The notes: generated by a model not told the origin, from the letters alone. DNA of 63,890 bases, filler included, from Bigelowiella natans CCMP2755 (GCA_000320545.1; 5 parts of 5 records of this genome joined end to end with filler, not necessarily neighbours in it); one strand, 5' to 3'. Positions 23,972 to 37,142 are shown, counted from the first letter of the whole stretch. Numbers and translations: made by a program.

Positions 23972-26900
23972 TGGAAGACAGACTTTGAAGAGTTCAAGTT
24001 AAAGATAAAGGAATCCACTTACGTTACGGAGAAAGGCTACACCACGATGGAGGCAGCAGTGCAGGCTATATCCCTACGCGAGCAGGAGCAGGACCGCAAG
24101 TTTACCAGCCCTAAGGTACTGGCATAGGAAACATTAACGCTATTAAGCCGCAGCGAGACTGGTACAAGGACAGGGAAGGTAACCGACGTTGCGGATACTG
24201 CTCACGTAAAGGGAAACACACCGCTAAAGACTGCAGAGACAGGAAAGAAGGACGACCCAGGATGACGATCAGGCAGCTCAACGAACACTACGAGAAGTTA
24301 AAGAGAAAGAAAGGCAGAGGACAAGGATATAACAACAGCAAATGGCAAGGCAGCAACAACGGGAAGAACAATAAATATAAGAACAAAAAGCAGAACAGTA
24401 TCAATGCTATACAGCAGCAGATAAACGGAATATTAGATCACCTTAAGCAGGCGCCGACGAAGACAGCAGTACCAGCAACGCAGGACCAAGACAAGCCCAT
24501 GACCCTAGACGACATAAAGAACTTAGGAGTATGCAACATTAATGACGAAGACGCTAACAGGACTATCAAAGTTGCTATGACCAAGGTTAAAGTTAAAGAC
24601 AGCTACGGAGACTACAAGAAACTACCTGCCCTTTGGGATAGTGGCAGCATGCCGAAGTCCTTCATAAGCCTAAGCACAGTAAGAAGGTTAGGACTATTGG
24701 ATCAAGTGACTAAGAAAGAACGTAAATATGCTCAAGCAGACGGAAGCTCTTCCATGAAGACCGTCGGTGAGCTAATGCTAAAGCTACAGATACCTGGCAG
24801 CGACGCGGAGACCCAAATCAAGACCCGAGTAGCCATGACTTTATCCATGGAACTACTCCTCGGACAGGATGCCCTAGAAAAATTAGGGGGGATCATATCA
24901 TTCTACAATCACAAGATATACTTTGCTAAGTTGCCAAAGAAGTCAGGCAGGACCATCAGCCAGAACATGATACGGCTTGACGAGTGGACCTCTGAGTCAA
25001 GCGTTAATGCGTTAGAGTTTATGGACCTAGCGGACAACAAGCTACCTACACCTACCGAGCTACGGAAGAAGAACCCCGGCAAGACCATCCGACAGATAAC
25101 GGAGCTACTGGACAAGACCCCCCCAGCTGATGATTGGGATATCGACAAAGGCAAAAAGTACATTAATAAAATATTAAACGAGAAGTACTCTGACATCACC
25201 AAGCCGACGACGAAGCCCTCCAGCAAGCTTACCCCAGTAAAGATCGAGCTAAAGAAGGGATACGAAGAGTGCATCATCAATGACCCAGAACATAGGCGAC
25301 CGGAAGCGGACTGGGAAAAGATAGAGTGGCAGATCAATGAATGGGCAAAGGAAGGGAAGATAGAGCCAAGCAACTCACCATGGAACGTGAGACATGTGCT
25401 AGCTAAGAAACCTACTTACCCTTTCTTCCGCCTGGCGCACAACTTCATCCGCCACAACCGAGTAATAAAGAGGATCCAGACACCTACACCAAGGATAGAT
25501 GACGTTATTGAACACGTCATAGGATACAAATACTACTCTTCCCTAGATAAAAATGAATCATACATGCAGACACCCATCCACAAAACCTCCCGCCCCATTA
25601 CCGCGTTCTCCAGCAGGCACAGGAAGTGGCACTTCGTCGTATTCCCTTACGGCCTAAGCATATCAGGGGATGCGTTCAGTAGTCAGAACTACAGGGCATA
25701 CACACATGATGGGATGGCGTCTGTGTTGTGGGTGTTTGTGTTTGTGTATGTGGATGATGACATAATATGTACCAACACAGTCGTCGCTCAGATCTTCCTC
25801 CTGGAAAATATATTTATTAGGTTTGCACACTTCGGTTTTACTATTAGACTGCAGAAGTGTACATTCCTAGCTACAAGAATCAAGTGGTGTGGATATTACC
25901 TGGAGCAAGGCCGCATCACCCCAAACCCCGAGAAAGTAGCAGCACTACAGCAAGCCCCTAAACCTAAGAATGCAAAGGAGTTAAAGTCATTCTTGCAGAC
26001 TGCAGCTTGGATACTACGTAGGTTCTCCCCTACCTACGCTAGGACTGCAGCTGCTTTTACTACTGCTTACCGGAAGGAGAACTCTGTAGGCCTCAGCTTC
26101 GCTAAGGTGTGGGCCAAGGCTGGCCTTGATGCCCACTTCGATAACCTAATAAAGTTATGCAGCAACACCCTATTGAATGCTAAGCTAGACACTACTAGAC
26201 CAGCTACCCTATGGACAGACTGGTCTAAGCTAGGTATGGCTGCTGTACTTACCCAAGACCAGCAGATCATACGGGTGTGGGGCAGGGCCTGCACAGCAGC
26301 TGAGGCCAAGTACAGCCCTACAAAAGGAGAGTATAAAGCCATGACTGAGGCGCAGAGGAAACTAAGATACTACCTGCTGTCGGTGCCCAGCTTCACCTTA
26401 ATGACTGACCACAAGCCCCTCCTAGGCATCGACCGCAAGCTCGAAGCGCCTAACGATGAGTATGCAGCTATGAGGGCGGACACGGAAGAGTTTAGGGACA
26501 AGAGGACAGTGGTCTACGCACCAGGAGACAAGCAGCTTGCTGACTATTTCAGCAGGCTGTTCGAAAAGAAAGTCCCTACCCAGGTCACCCCTATGGTTAA
26601 CGCGATTACCTTCGAGGACGGCGACTTCCTGCCTGAGCCAGAGGAGCTCCAGCACCTTCAAGAACACCTGGATAAATACAAACACAAGCATGAGGTACTT
26701 AGTGATAGGATATATGTATACACTAATAATGTTAGGCGTACCTACGTGCCACGGCGGACCAGGGGAGCCCTTCTCTTTACCGCCCATGGACCTGCACACG
26801 TAGGAGAAAACCATATCACTGCTCTACTCTACCATTACTACTGGCCCTACAAGCTAAAAGAGATAAGGACATACCTGCGTGGCTGCAGGTGCTCCAGCTT

Positions 26901-28055
26901 GAAGGCGGCAGGCGTCGCCACCAAGGAGTCCAGCAAGAGCCGTGCATCTAAGAAAATCAAAGCAAGGAACTTCTTAGATATCGTGCAAATTGATGTTTAT
27001 AAGTACGATGGCTATCACTACCTTACCTTCGTTGATGTGGCCACTGGAAAGTGCTGGGTTAAAAAGATTATCAAGGTCAACGTTGCTAAGAAGAACAAAG
27101 GCTTATATAAGCAGAGGCTTACTAACTGCTACCGTACCTGGGAGTCTGAGCTCCAGGCTATCCTGATGAAGTTAGCATAAACAAGATACCAAAGAAGTTA
27201 CATGTGGATAATGAGACCTCTCTTCTACAGCTACCACACCCTAATATTGATGCCTCACCTGTATACTATGCCCAGTCCAACTCCAAGGTAGAGCGACTCC
27301 ACCGCACCTTGGCCAACCTAAGCAGGATAAATAGCACCACACCAGACAAGATACAAGGGTTAGTAAACGACACCTTCACGTCTGGGGGAGGTATCAAGGA
27401 TAAGGAGAGGGAAGAAGGCGACGACAACGACGACGATACCGAGAGCGAAGACGAGAAGGTCCCGTACGATGGCCGAGTTCTAAAGGAAGGACAGTATGTT
27501 AGGGCCAAGGTAAATCTGAGATCGAGAAATAAACAAGACCCCTTCTGGGGTGGCGTTGCAAAGGTTACCGAGAGGAAGGGGAGGAAGCAGTACTACATCT
27601 ATGATGGGAACAGGGTCACCTTGCGCCACATCAGTCACCTAAAGAATTATGATATCGGTGAGAAGCTCCTAGAGGATGTTAAAGTAAACCCTACTGTGTG
27701 GGAGCGAGCAATGCCTTGTTTAGGACCCCGACCTAAGTTCGATGTGGAATATGGAAACAATAAGGTCAGGGTGAACGACGATTGGCGCATGAAGATTGTC
27801 TATCTAGGCTACCCTGGATTACGAAATATGGAGAGGGTAGCTATGAAAATAAAGGACGGAAAATATCAGCTACTCTACCTAGCTGTTCCCGACTTACCCT
27901 TTGAGCACTGGTATAAGGTCCTGGGGGACCTTGATGCAGAGGGCTGGTATGGACACGAACCTAAGGACGAAGGTGAGTTCTGGGTAAGCGACAAAGGAGA
28001 TAAGGTTAGAGAGGAATCTATTACCTGGTGGTTGGTGAAGTTCCGAAAGCGATGA
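23972..28055 (+). CDS. pol: Gag-Pol polyprotein broken by two 1-bp frameshifts (~24112-24127 and ~27162)
   Basis: ORFs 24262-27180 and 27204-28055 fuse if the extra C present in copy 1 (CTATCCCTGATG vs CTATCCTGATG) is restored. The upstream gag frame shifts near the contig end. Confidence 0.9.
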
Positions 28056-28106
28056 AGGTCTAAGGGAATAAGGAAGGAAGGAAGGAGCAACGTGACTTGG
28101 GGGAGG

Positions 28107-28432
28107 TGTAGCGCGTACCACTACGCGGGCACAAGTCACGTGCGACAACAAAGGGGTTGTCGCGGATATAGAATATAGATAACGTAGATATTAATACAGC
28201 ATAGGCACGTGGGTTCCGGCGGGACTCATGGCAGCACACCGGAAGTGTGCTGCCCCACGTGCGGCGGCATTCGCGAAAGCTTCGCGAATGATTACGCAGT
28301 GCACGATTTAATAAAAATATAATCTTTAATAAAAATAAACACAACTCTTCAAAAGGAAGCAAACGTGCCTTTCCCCCCCCCTGCCTACTTGTGCACGTAG
28401 CGCCTCGGCCTGTGAACACCTTACGCGCAACA
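28107..28432 (+). repeat. 3' LTR of copy 2 (326 bp)
   Basis: TG...CA ends, preceded by the PPT; appears identical to 3515-3840. Confidence 0.9.
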
Positions 28433-30728
28433 CACACACAACCAGACAACTGGACAAGAACACAGCGCTCGATCAGCTGTTGCATCAAAAGCGTTCTGCG
28501 TTGTGCACACATCATTGCAAAGGACGTCGCCCTGTGTGTGCAACGCGCGTTTGCACGTTCACTAGCTAGTCAGCTCACTTTGATTGCAGGTGCTTGGCAA
28601 ACAGGCAGTTGCACGAGTGCACGAGCTAGCGAGGCGTGCAATTTGTGGCCAAACAAAGTGCAACATCAGCTTCGCTCATCGATCCACCTTGGGAACAATC
28701 ACCAGCCCCAGAGCCCAGCTAGCTAGCTTTCAATTGCCATTCAGCAGGGAAGGGTCGACAACGTGCAAGACACGTGCATCAAGCAGCAGTCGTTCGCCAT
28801 TCTAAAAAGACACCAGTTAGTTCGTTGTTTTATTATTGTCGCATGACAAAAATGCCATGAGATTCTTCTTGTGCGGCTAGTTTCCTTTTCAAGAAGATTT
28901 CGAAACGACAAGCTGTGCAATTTGTCGCCAAATCAAAATGGCCAGGAACAAGACAATTAAAAGCCATATTTGAGGTAATATCGCTGATGCGACAAAGGTA
29001 TTTCACGGAAATTAGATCAAAATCGATCCACACCCGAAAAGCTCGTACCCCTCCGAGCTTTCCTGTGTTGGGAGAATCCTTGAAACACACTTGCGAGGGG
29101 CGAGGTGGAGAGGGTGCAGTTGAAGTGAGGAGGACCAGTCATGTTTGACAGGCGGCCTCATGCTATCCTTGTGAGGATGCAGGATCTGAGCAAGAGGGAT
29201 GGAGGAAGGAAGATTAAAGCAAAGAAGCAGAGTCGTTGGGTGGCCAAGAAAAACCGGAAAGGTGCAGATATTATCATCTTCAGCTTTTATGATCGCTGAT
29301 TATTCTACTTATTTTCTTTATCAATCAGCATGCGAGCTAACAGAACCACTTCCAGTTCCTCTATGGATGGCTGTTCTCGTGTTGGTACTTTTGGGACTGG
29401 TAATTAATTTGCTCTCTTCTTCCTTCGCCAATCTGATTCCTTTTTTCTTTAACCTGATGTTGAAGATATTCATTGCATTGGTAACAAGAGCATTTGGCGA
29501 CTTCGAGCGCGTCGTGGAGATGAAAGGTACTAATCGAAAAACTTTAGGTGGGAAATTTCTCACGAGATCTTTTTTTACTCGTAGAAATGACAGTGGAGGC
29601 AGGATCAATTGCTACTGGGTCACACCAATCGCAACACCAGCCACCAAGAAATTTGGACCTTCCACTTCCTATTCTTGATCCAGTTTCTTCTGCAGTGTCT
29701 CATCCGGCTTAGTCCGAATGTGTTATTGCAACATTTTTGGTTCATTGCAAGCGATCTAAAGTTAATTCTTCATGCCCATCATGCATAGCAGCTCCGGATC
29801 ACACGCTGCGCACACATTTGTTCTATAATTGTAGCATGTGCGACATTTAGCTCTGACACTTCTGCATTATTCATTCATGCATCAACATCCCGGATGTGCA
29901 AAGGTCAGCACAACTTGCACACCAGGGCGAACACCCACTGCACGATGCTACGCTAGTACGCATTGCACGAGCGTTGCTTGTAATTGTGTAACATGAACCA
30001 TGAATTCACAAATTATACAAGAAATGTCAACACAAATCCGTCAAACCCGGTAACGACGGGGTTGTGAACAGTGCAGCGCTTTGCGACGTGCTTTGAAGCA
30101 GCAGGCAGTTGCAGCAGTTAGTCAAATAAAGAAAAGTCATCAGAACTTGTCCGATGGCCAAACCTCAAAAAATGACCGAAATGTTGACCAAAATGTCCAT
30201 TTTCAAGGCCTCAAAGTGTGAAAATTCACAGCCGTTGTGCAGCGGATGCACGCTGCGCGTTTGTTCTCTGCCACATTTTGAATGCTTTTGCGTGTGCGTT
30301 TGACCAAATGTGACATGCATGCATGCACGAAAAATTTCAAAGAAATGCGAGCAAATCCAACGTCCATTGCATCACATGACGCGCTTGATGACTTGGTCGC
30401 GCGCAAAAGCTTCCAAATCTAGAAATGCACATTCCACAGGTTTGACGGATTTGTGGGACATTGCTTGTGCGATGCGTGCACACCTATCACTAGATCATGT
30501 GCAATGTGACAATGCATGATGACATGCACACACAATCATCATGTTTGTGTGCGTGTTGCGCATCGTGCACACCATGTGATCGTTAGAATGATGCAGCGTT
30601 CACACATTTTCCAAGATTTTGCAGCCTCACGTCCGTACATGCATGAGGTTTATAGGGACATTAATGTCCATATACGTGTACGCGTAAGGAACACATGTAC
30701 CCAGGATTAATGTCCATATAGGTTTGAT

Positions 30729-32256
30729 CTAGTTTCCTTTGCGCTCCTGTATCCCATCCTGGTCTTCTTCGGCATCTTCCTTTTCTTCTTTCAGCTCAAA
30801 ATCATCATGATCTGCAAAGAATGTGTAGCAGCAGTGTGGTCGGTCATGACTACATTACAATCAGCACAGAGGTTCTGGTTTAAACAAGGAGCATAGTCGA
30901 TAGTTTTATGTAGTTACGTTTAATATGCGTGCATCTAGCATTCAAGAGCGGAAGCATATAATGTTATCATAAATCATAGGACCTTCAGCAGCGTCAGATG
31001 CAGCAGCCTTGGCCTTTTCCTTGGCCTCTTCCTTGGCCTCTGGCGCAACCGGTTCGAAGTTCATCTCGTAAAATCTAATAGACCAGAAAGAAAGTAGAGA
31101 ACCATAAGGGGAGGAGAGACAGCGAAAGGAAAAGTTAGGGTTAATGGTACATTCAAACTAAGGTGAGTGCAGAAATAGCGGAAGACCGTTGTGCTGAGGT
31201 TGTAGTATCCCTAGATGCTACGGATCCTCTTTCTACGTATACACACAAACGTAACGCGCTAAGTGATAAGTATTATCTCAGATGCATCTTAACCGTTTTC
31301 TTCCTTGCGCTCGTTCTGTTCGGCCTCGTCGAGATTGACAGATCCCTGAGATGCTCCTAGTGATAAATATACGTTGCGATGATGGCGAGAATCTGGATGT
31401 TACGAACTCGATCCTGCTACCATCATCATGCTGTGCCTCTGCCTCGTCAACAGTTTCCTCCGACATAACGGTGGCAGCTGTAGCTTTTGCTTTAATCTCA
31501 GGCGCAACCGGGTCGAAACTCATTTCATAAAATCTACGTTTTGACAAAGAAGTGTTAACTATACGCAACGACATGCACCTCAGTATCTTCTAGAATCTGA
31601 TTAAATATTGACTCTGACGATATCTTTTCAACAGAAATACCGTTGTGCCGAGGTTGTAGTGTCTTTCGAGGCCACTGATCCTCTCCCTATCGCGACAAAA
31701 AGATGCATAAGACATATTTGTATGGTTGGTCTAATTGGATGTGTACTACCCCCTTCATCTGCCTCATTACTAGTAGAAGCCAATGCCTCACCTGAAAAGT
31801 ATTTGCTCACAAATTAGTTAACGCCTATAAAAGTATAGCACTTATCACATGCATTTATATATTTGGACGTACCCTTTCGCTCGATAGGATCATCATTATT
31901 TTCAAAATTCAAATTATAAAATCTGTACGAAATATATTGATGCGTGAGTCTCGACTTTTTCCTGTGGTTGTTCGAACAACTCTTCGTAATGAACATTTTG
32001 ATACATTTTCTTCCGTACCGTTGCATGCTGGATGTGCTATCCCTAGCAGAAGCATTGTCATCTATGCATGTAAATTTTTGTAAATACAAAGCTGCGTGGC
32101 TAAAGCTCAAGAATTTTTCCTTCAAATCGATCGATAAGGTTTGACAAATTGAGAATGCTAATATGCATTCGTACCAACGTTGGTTATGGCAGGAACTTCG
32201 CTTTTTGAGTTTTCAAAATTCATCTCATAAAATCTACGGAAGAGGAGGGGGAGGAG

Positions 32257-32293
<37 letters not shown>

Positions 32294-35200
32294 AATTGAA
32301 AAGAAATAAGATGAGAAAGAGTCATGTAAAAAAAATGCGTGGTCTTTGGGAAGGAAGTATTGATAAAGACTTCATGATTCACTGTTGAGGAAGATTGGTG
32401 TGAGAACACGGTTGTTCTTTATGCATGAGTTATTCACCGTTCAGCCGAGGTTGTTGTATCCCTTGACGCAACCGACGTTCTCTCTGTTAAAGTTATATTC
32501 GCATGTAAGAAATTCATCTTTAACCCTCGTTTAAGGATGTATACCTTCCTCATCTTCGTTGTAGTCGGGATGATTCCCCTTAGCGTGCACCACATTCTTG
32601 CCCACAGCAGCATCATTCAATTCCACAGATCCTTGTGACGCTTCTGAAGCAAAACTTAGTTAATTCCGACTTTTATATCATGAAAACGTATGTCAAAGAA
32701 GTTATTGTAAAGAACAAAGAAAGATAATAAAGAAGATAATATATTTATGCATATCTTCTAATATTTATTGAACTATATAGTCCTCATGAAAGGCAACACC
32801 GTCATCCTCCTGTCCACTCTCGGCAGTGGAGACAGCCTTAGACTTTGGCCCTTCCACATTTGGCTCGAAATCCATTTCGTAAAATCTATGGGAGTATATT
32901 TGATCCCAATTAAAAAAAAATTATTAAAAGATGCTCCTCTATGTGACCTATACCGTTGCGCTGAAGACGTCGTGTCCTTGGAAGCAACTGATCCTCTGTC
33001 TTCTTTATTTGATCTGCCAGCTGCGATGCCATGTTGATCAACCAATTGTTATGATTATTCTAATTTTTGAAGACAATTTTATCTGTACAATTGGATTTTA
33101 CCCTTCTTCTCAACGACGTCTTTACTACTCTTTTCAAAGCTCATATCATAAAATCTACCTAAACCAAAAGGAGAACACCAGATCTTCAAGTCTTAAACTA
33201 TTTTGGTCCAAAACAAGTGATTACTTTTGCATACTGGTTGCACTGTCTCTGGTAGACGATCCTTCATCTAATGATAAGATTAAATCGTTTTTCAACAGAG
33301 AAATATATAGAAACATGATTAGAGATACTTTGTTGGGCGTCTGGAAGTTCAACAGACCCCTGAGAGGCACCTAACCATAAATAAATGTGCGTCTTCGATC
33401 GGAATGACCACCGTAATTGTGCTATTGTGCTGGTGCAGTTACAATCATCATCTTGCTCGCCCTGTCCCCTTTTCAGTGTAGGACTTCCAGCAACGAAATG
33501 CCCAGCATCTTTAGCTTGCATCGCAGTGCTGGAAGCTTTAAAATTCATTTCGTAAAACCTAAAGTTAATAAAGATGCTGAGAATTGAAAGTGGGAGATTT
33601 GGGAATGGGAACACTCAACGTGAATACCTCTGCGCCGAGGTCGTCGTATCCTTCGACGCGACCGACCCTCTATCCGCATCATCAATATCATTTCCAGCCG
33701 TAGCGACCCCTATACCCAATTTTTACGACCAATCCGTTCCAAAATGTCGAAAAATTGTAAATTACCTTTAATCTCAGTTGCTTGCTTGGGTTTCGCTTCA
33801 AAGTTCATATCATAAAACCTAAGATGGTGATGAGATGATCCGCATTATTGCAAGGAAGAAGGCTCGATATAGCTTGATAACTTTTGCATGCTGGTTGAGC
33901 TGTCTCTATTAGAAGCACCGTCATCTGAAAGGTTTATTCGTAGAAACATTTACACTGATATCGGGCAAATCATTCCTATGGTAACAGAACCGATAACTGC
34001 AATGCCCTCAGCGGTATCTCCTGCCGTTGAGATTTTATTCTTGGCTGGAAACTCCATCTCATAAAATCTACGGCAGCGTTTTATGTGAAGATCGATGGGC
34101 TAGCCTGTTCCAATTACTATAATATCTGACCTTTGTGCAGAGGTTGTCGTATCCTTGGATGCTACTGATCCTCTTCCTGCTTTCAGGTGAAAGTTTGCGC
34201 CCATCTTACAACGATCTAGATGTACTTAAATTACTGAAAAGATACCCTCGTCTTCTTCGCTATTTTCTTCAACGTTGACGGCTTCTTTGCTTGTTGAATC
34301 TCCTGAAGTACCATTCAGATCCATAGAACCCTGAGACGCTCCTAGGTTTAAAGATCAATAAATAAGCATCGGCAGCCACAATGATACAAAGTTCTATTTC
34401 TGGCGACCATCATCGTCCTCAGATGCTTTTCCCTCTGGTACGGAAGGGGAGGCAAGTACAGCTACTTTGACTGGTGTTGTAGGGCCACTAGGGTCGAAAT
34501 TCATTTCATAGAATCTGAAAAGACAAAGGAGAAAGATAGTTGTAAGAAATTAGCATGGCAAGAAGAGAGGGTAAAATAAAGGTGGAATTAGCGAACACGA
34601 GAAAGCACATAGAATGTATATCAAAATTAAGAATCGAAATTATGTAGATTAAGATGGAAGGGCAGCAATTACAGGACAAACACAAATGTATATATGTATA
34701 TCGAGTAAGGGTAGAAAGAGAAAGCAACTCTTTTTGCGCCTGTCTGTGGAATAACACCTTTGCGCCGATGTTGCTGTATCCTTTGATGCGACCGACGTCC
34801 TATCCATTTCACCATCATTATCCTCACCTGTGATTACATGCCAACAACCTGTTTAGAATCGTTACAGAGATGATCTACTCACCACATTAGGGTACATAAC
34901 TCTTTTTATCCGTTGTTTTGGCGGTCCCGTTGTCAAAGTTCATAGCATAAAACCTAAACATTGATGAAGGATGAAGGATCAAGGAGGTCTAATAATTTGG
35001 AGCTTCTTGGGTTCCGTGTACTAGGCGGGCAAATAGTTACCTTTGCATGCTGGTTGCGCTGTCTCTGGTGGAAGCTGCTTCATCTAATGCGGTAGAAATT
35101 TAAAAATAGTAATATGTTCTTCTTGATGATGATGACAAAAAAATAAAATAGCTACCATCAGTACCAGACGTTTTTACGACTGTCGGTATAGTTTTCTTGG

Positions 35201-37102
35201 AGGAGGGCTCCTCAAACTGCATCTCATAAAACCTGCATAGGTCATCGTGGGAACAACCAAAGGAGGCAGGTAAGGCATCGTAGGAGATGATAAGAATTAT
35301 TGAGATAATGATAGCAGCAGGAAGACAAAGAGAGAGGGAGAGAGAGAGAGAACGAGGGGGTGCGGGGGGGTTGAGAGTGAGGGGTGCATATAGGATGAGG
35401 AAAAAAAGAATAGTATTTAAGAAGCTTAGTAAATCAATGGAGTCAAAATGTCATAGAAGAGTATGCGAGGCAGGTCCAGTCCAACAGAAGCTGCTGTGAA
35501 TTTCATTCTGAATTTACCGTTGTGCAGACGTTGTGGTATCCTTCGACGCTATAGATTCTCTATCCGCTGCACATAAAAAATATGTTACAAAAGGAACAGG
35601 AATGTTCATAAAATGCATTGTCATACCTGTCTCATGATTCGACTGGTTTGAATCTTTCATTTTTTTGGCTACAAGTACATTTTTGCATCATATTTTGTAA
35701 ACATCTAAGATAGGACTTGTCTCATATTACCTTGCCTCTCCTCGTCCTGTTTTTTCGCGAAGTTCATAGCGAAAGAGCTATCCAAATGTGATTAACATAT
35801 AAATGAGTTCCACCATGCTTCATAACTTTTTGATAATACCGCTGTAAGCTAATATCGCTGTCCCTTTTAGTTGCAGGATCTTCTGGCGAACATTTAAGAA
35901 CTCATGGCATTTCTTACATGCATGTCGAATGTTGGTAGAGCATTTTCATGATACCTGGGGACCTTTCAAAATTCATTTGATAAAACCTGGTAAGAAATGG
36001 GAAAATATTGTAAATGTGATTGACGCATCATCTGCAGACTCTGGAATGTCTTAAGTATAATTTTCTTTCTATCTACACAAGCCTAGCCTTCTCAATGTAG
36101 TACTCCATGACCCTCTACTTTATATCCAGCATCTTACTATACTTCTGCATGCTAGTTTCGCTGTCCCTAGCCGAAGCTTTATCATCTAAGAAGACCAATG
36201 TGAAATCATAATAAGTTCAAAATGTACATCGCGAATATTGAAGCGCCATATTTCTGTATTCTTGGTTTACAGATTGTATTTAATTATCCTTCACTTCAGC
36301 TTTCCAAACATTAATGCAAAGCGTTTTCGTAACGATTCCCTGGACACCTAAGAATAACTACCTCTGCCTTGATCTTGATCATGGATCTTTGTAGTACCCG
36401 AAGCTGAGAGCAAAAATGTCAAAAACACAAAGGTCCATCCTGAGTGACTTTAACTTTCCCCGCAAATCTAGCAATAACTAACATTAGGTGACGTACTAGT
36501 CTTTATCTCCTTTTTTCCTACTGGCCCGCCTCCATCAAATTTCATGGCATAAAATCTGATTAAGAATACAAAGAACAGATTTTTCGTCATTTCTCTTACC
36601 GTTTTAGGGTGTGTGTTCTATGCAGGCTGCAGGCATGATTGCTTTATGTATATCGAGGCCCAATCTTTATTGGTCATTGGCCACTACACCATCGTTCTCA
36701 AAGTATCAATACAAGTAAATATGGATTACCGTTGCATACTGCTGGTGCTATCTCTTTTGGCAGTGCCTTCAAATTACATCTTCTCAATAACAAGCGCATC
36801 TTTTGAGATTCTCATTGTGTGAAGGGAAAAATTCTCTTGGAGCTCCTCAATTAAAATAAAATATATCAGAACTATTATAAAGACACTGAAAAATAGGCCG
36901 ACATATTCTTTCAAATAAGCATAAATGAGAAATCATTTCCCCATTTTGTTAAAATATTTTCTCCTGCATACTTTCATCATCCTCAACTTCAACTTTGAAG
37001 CCCGGTCTCACATTCGTCTCTGAAGTTGAAGATAATGAAAATATCGTGATTGAAAAATAGTTTAGCAGAGTAAAAATGTAGGAGGTTTATGTCAGTGTGT
37101 CC

Positions 37103-37142
<40 letters not shown>

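Larger units (their letters stand above)
23972..28432 (+). mobile_element. Ty3/Gypsy LTR retrotransposon copy 2 (5' LTR and most of gag lie in the gap)
   Basis: Domain order is Gag zinc knuckle (CGYCSRKGKHTAKDC), protease (ALWDSGS), RT (YVDD), RNase H (TDWS, TDHKPL, LADYFSR), integrase (H-x3-H...C-x-C; D-D-E in QIDVY, VDNET, KVERL), PPT and 3' LTR. Confidence 0.96.

Noticed and set aside
27150-27204. Programmed ribosomal frameshift in integrase
   Set aside because: No slippery heptamer; copy 1 has the extra base and reads through.
30657-30720. 14-bp palindrome GGACATTAATGTCC with a partial direct repeat
   Set aside because: Short single occurrence with no supporting structure.
31000-36800. 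Regularly spaced repeats resembling a CRISPR array or a secreted peptide precursor
   Set aside because: The repeats are conserved at protein level, bounded by GT-AG splice sites and have no cas genes nearby; the N-terminus is acylation-type rather than a signal peptide.
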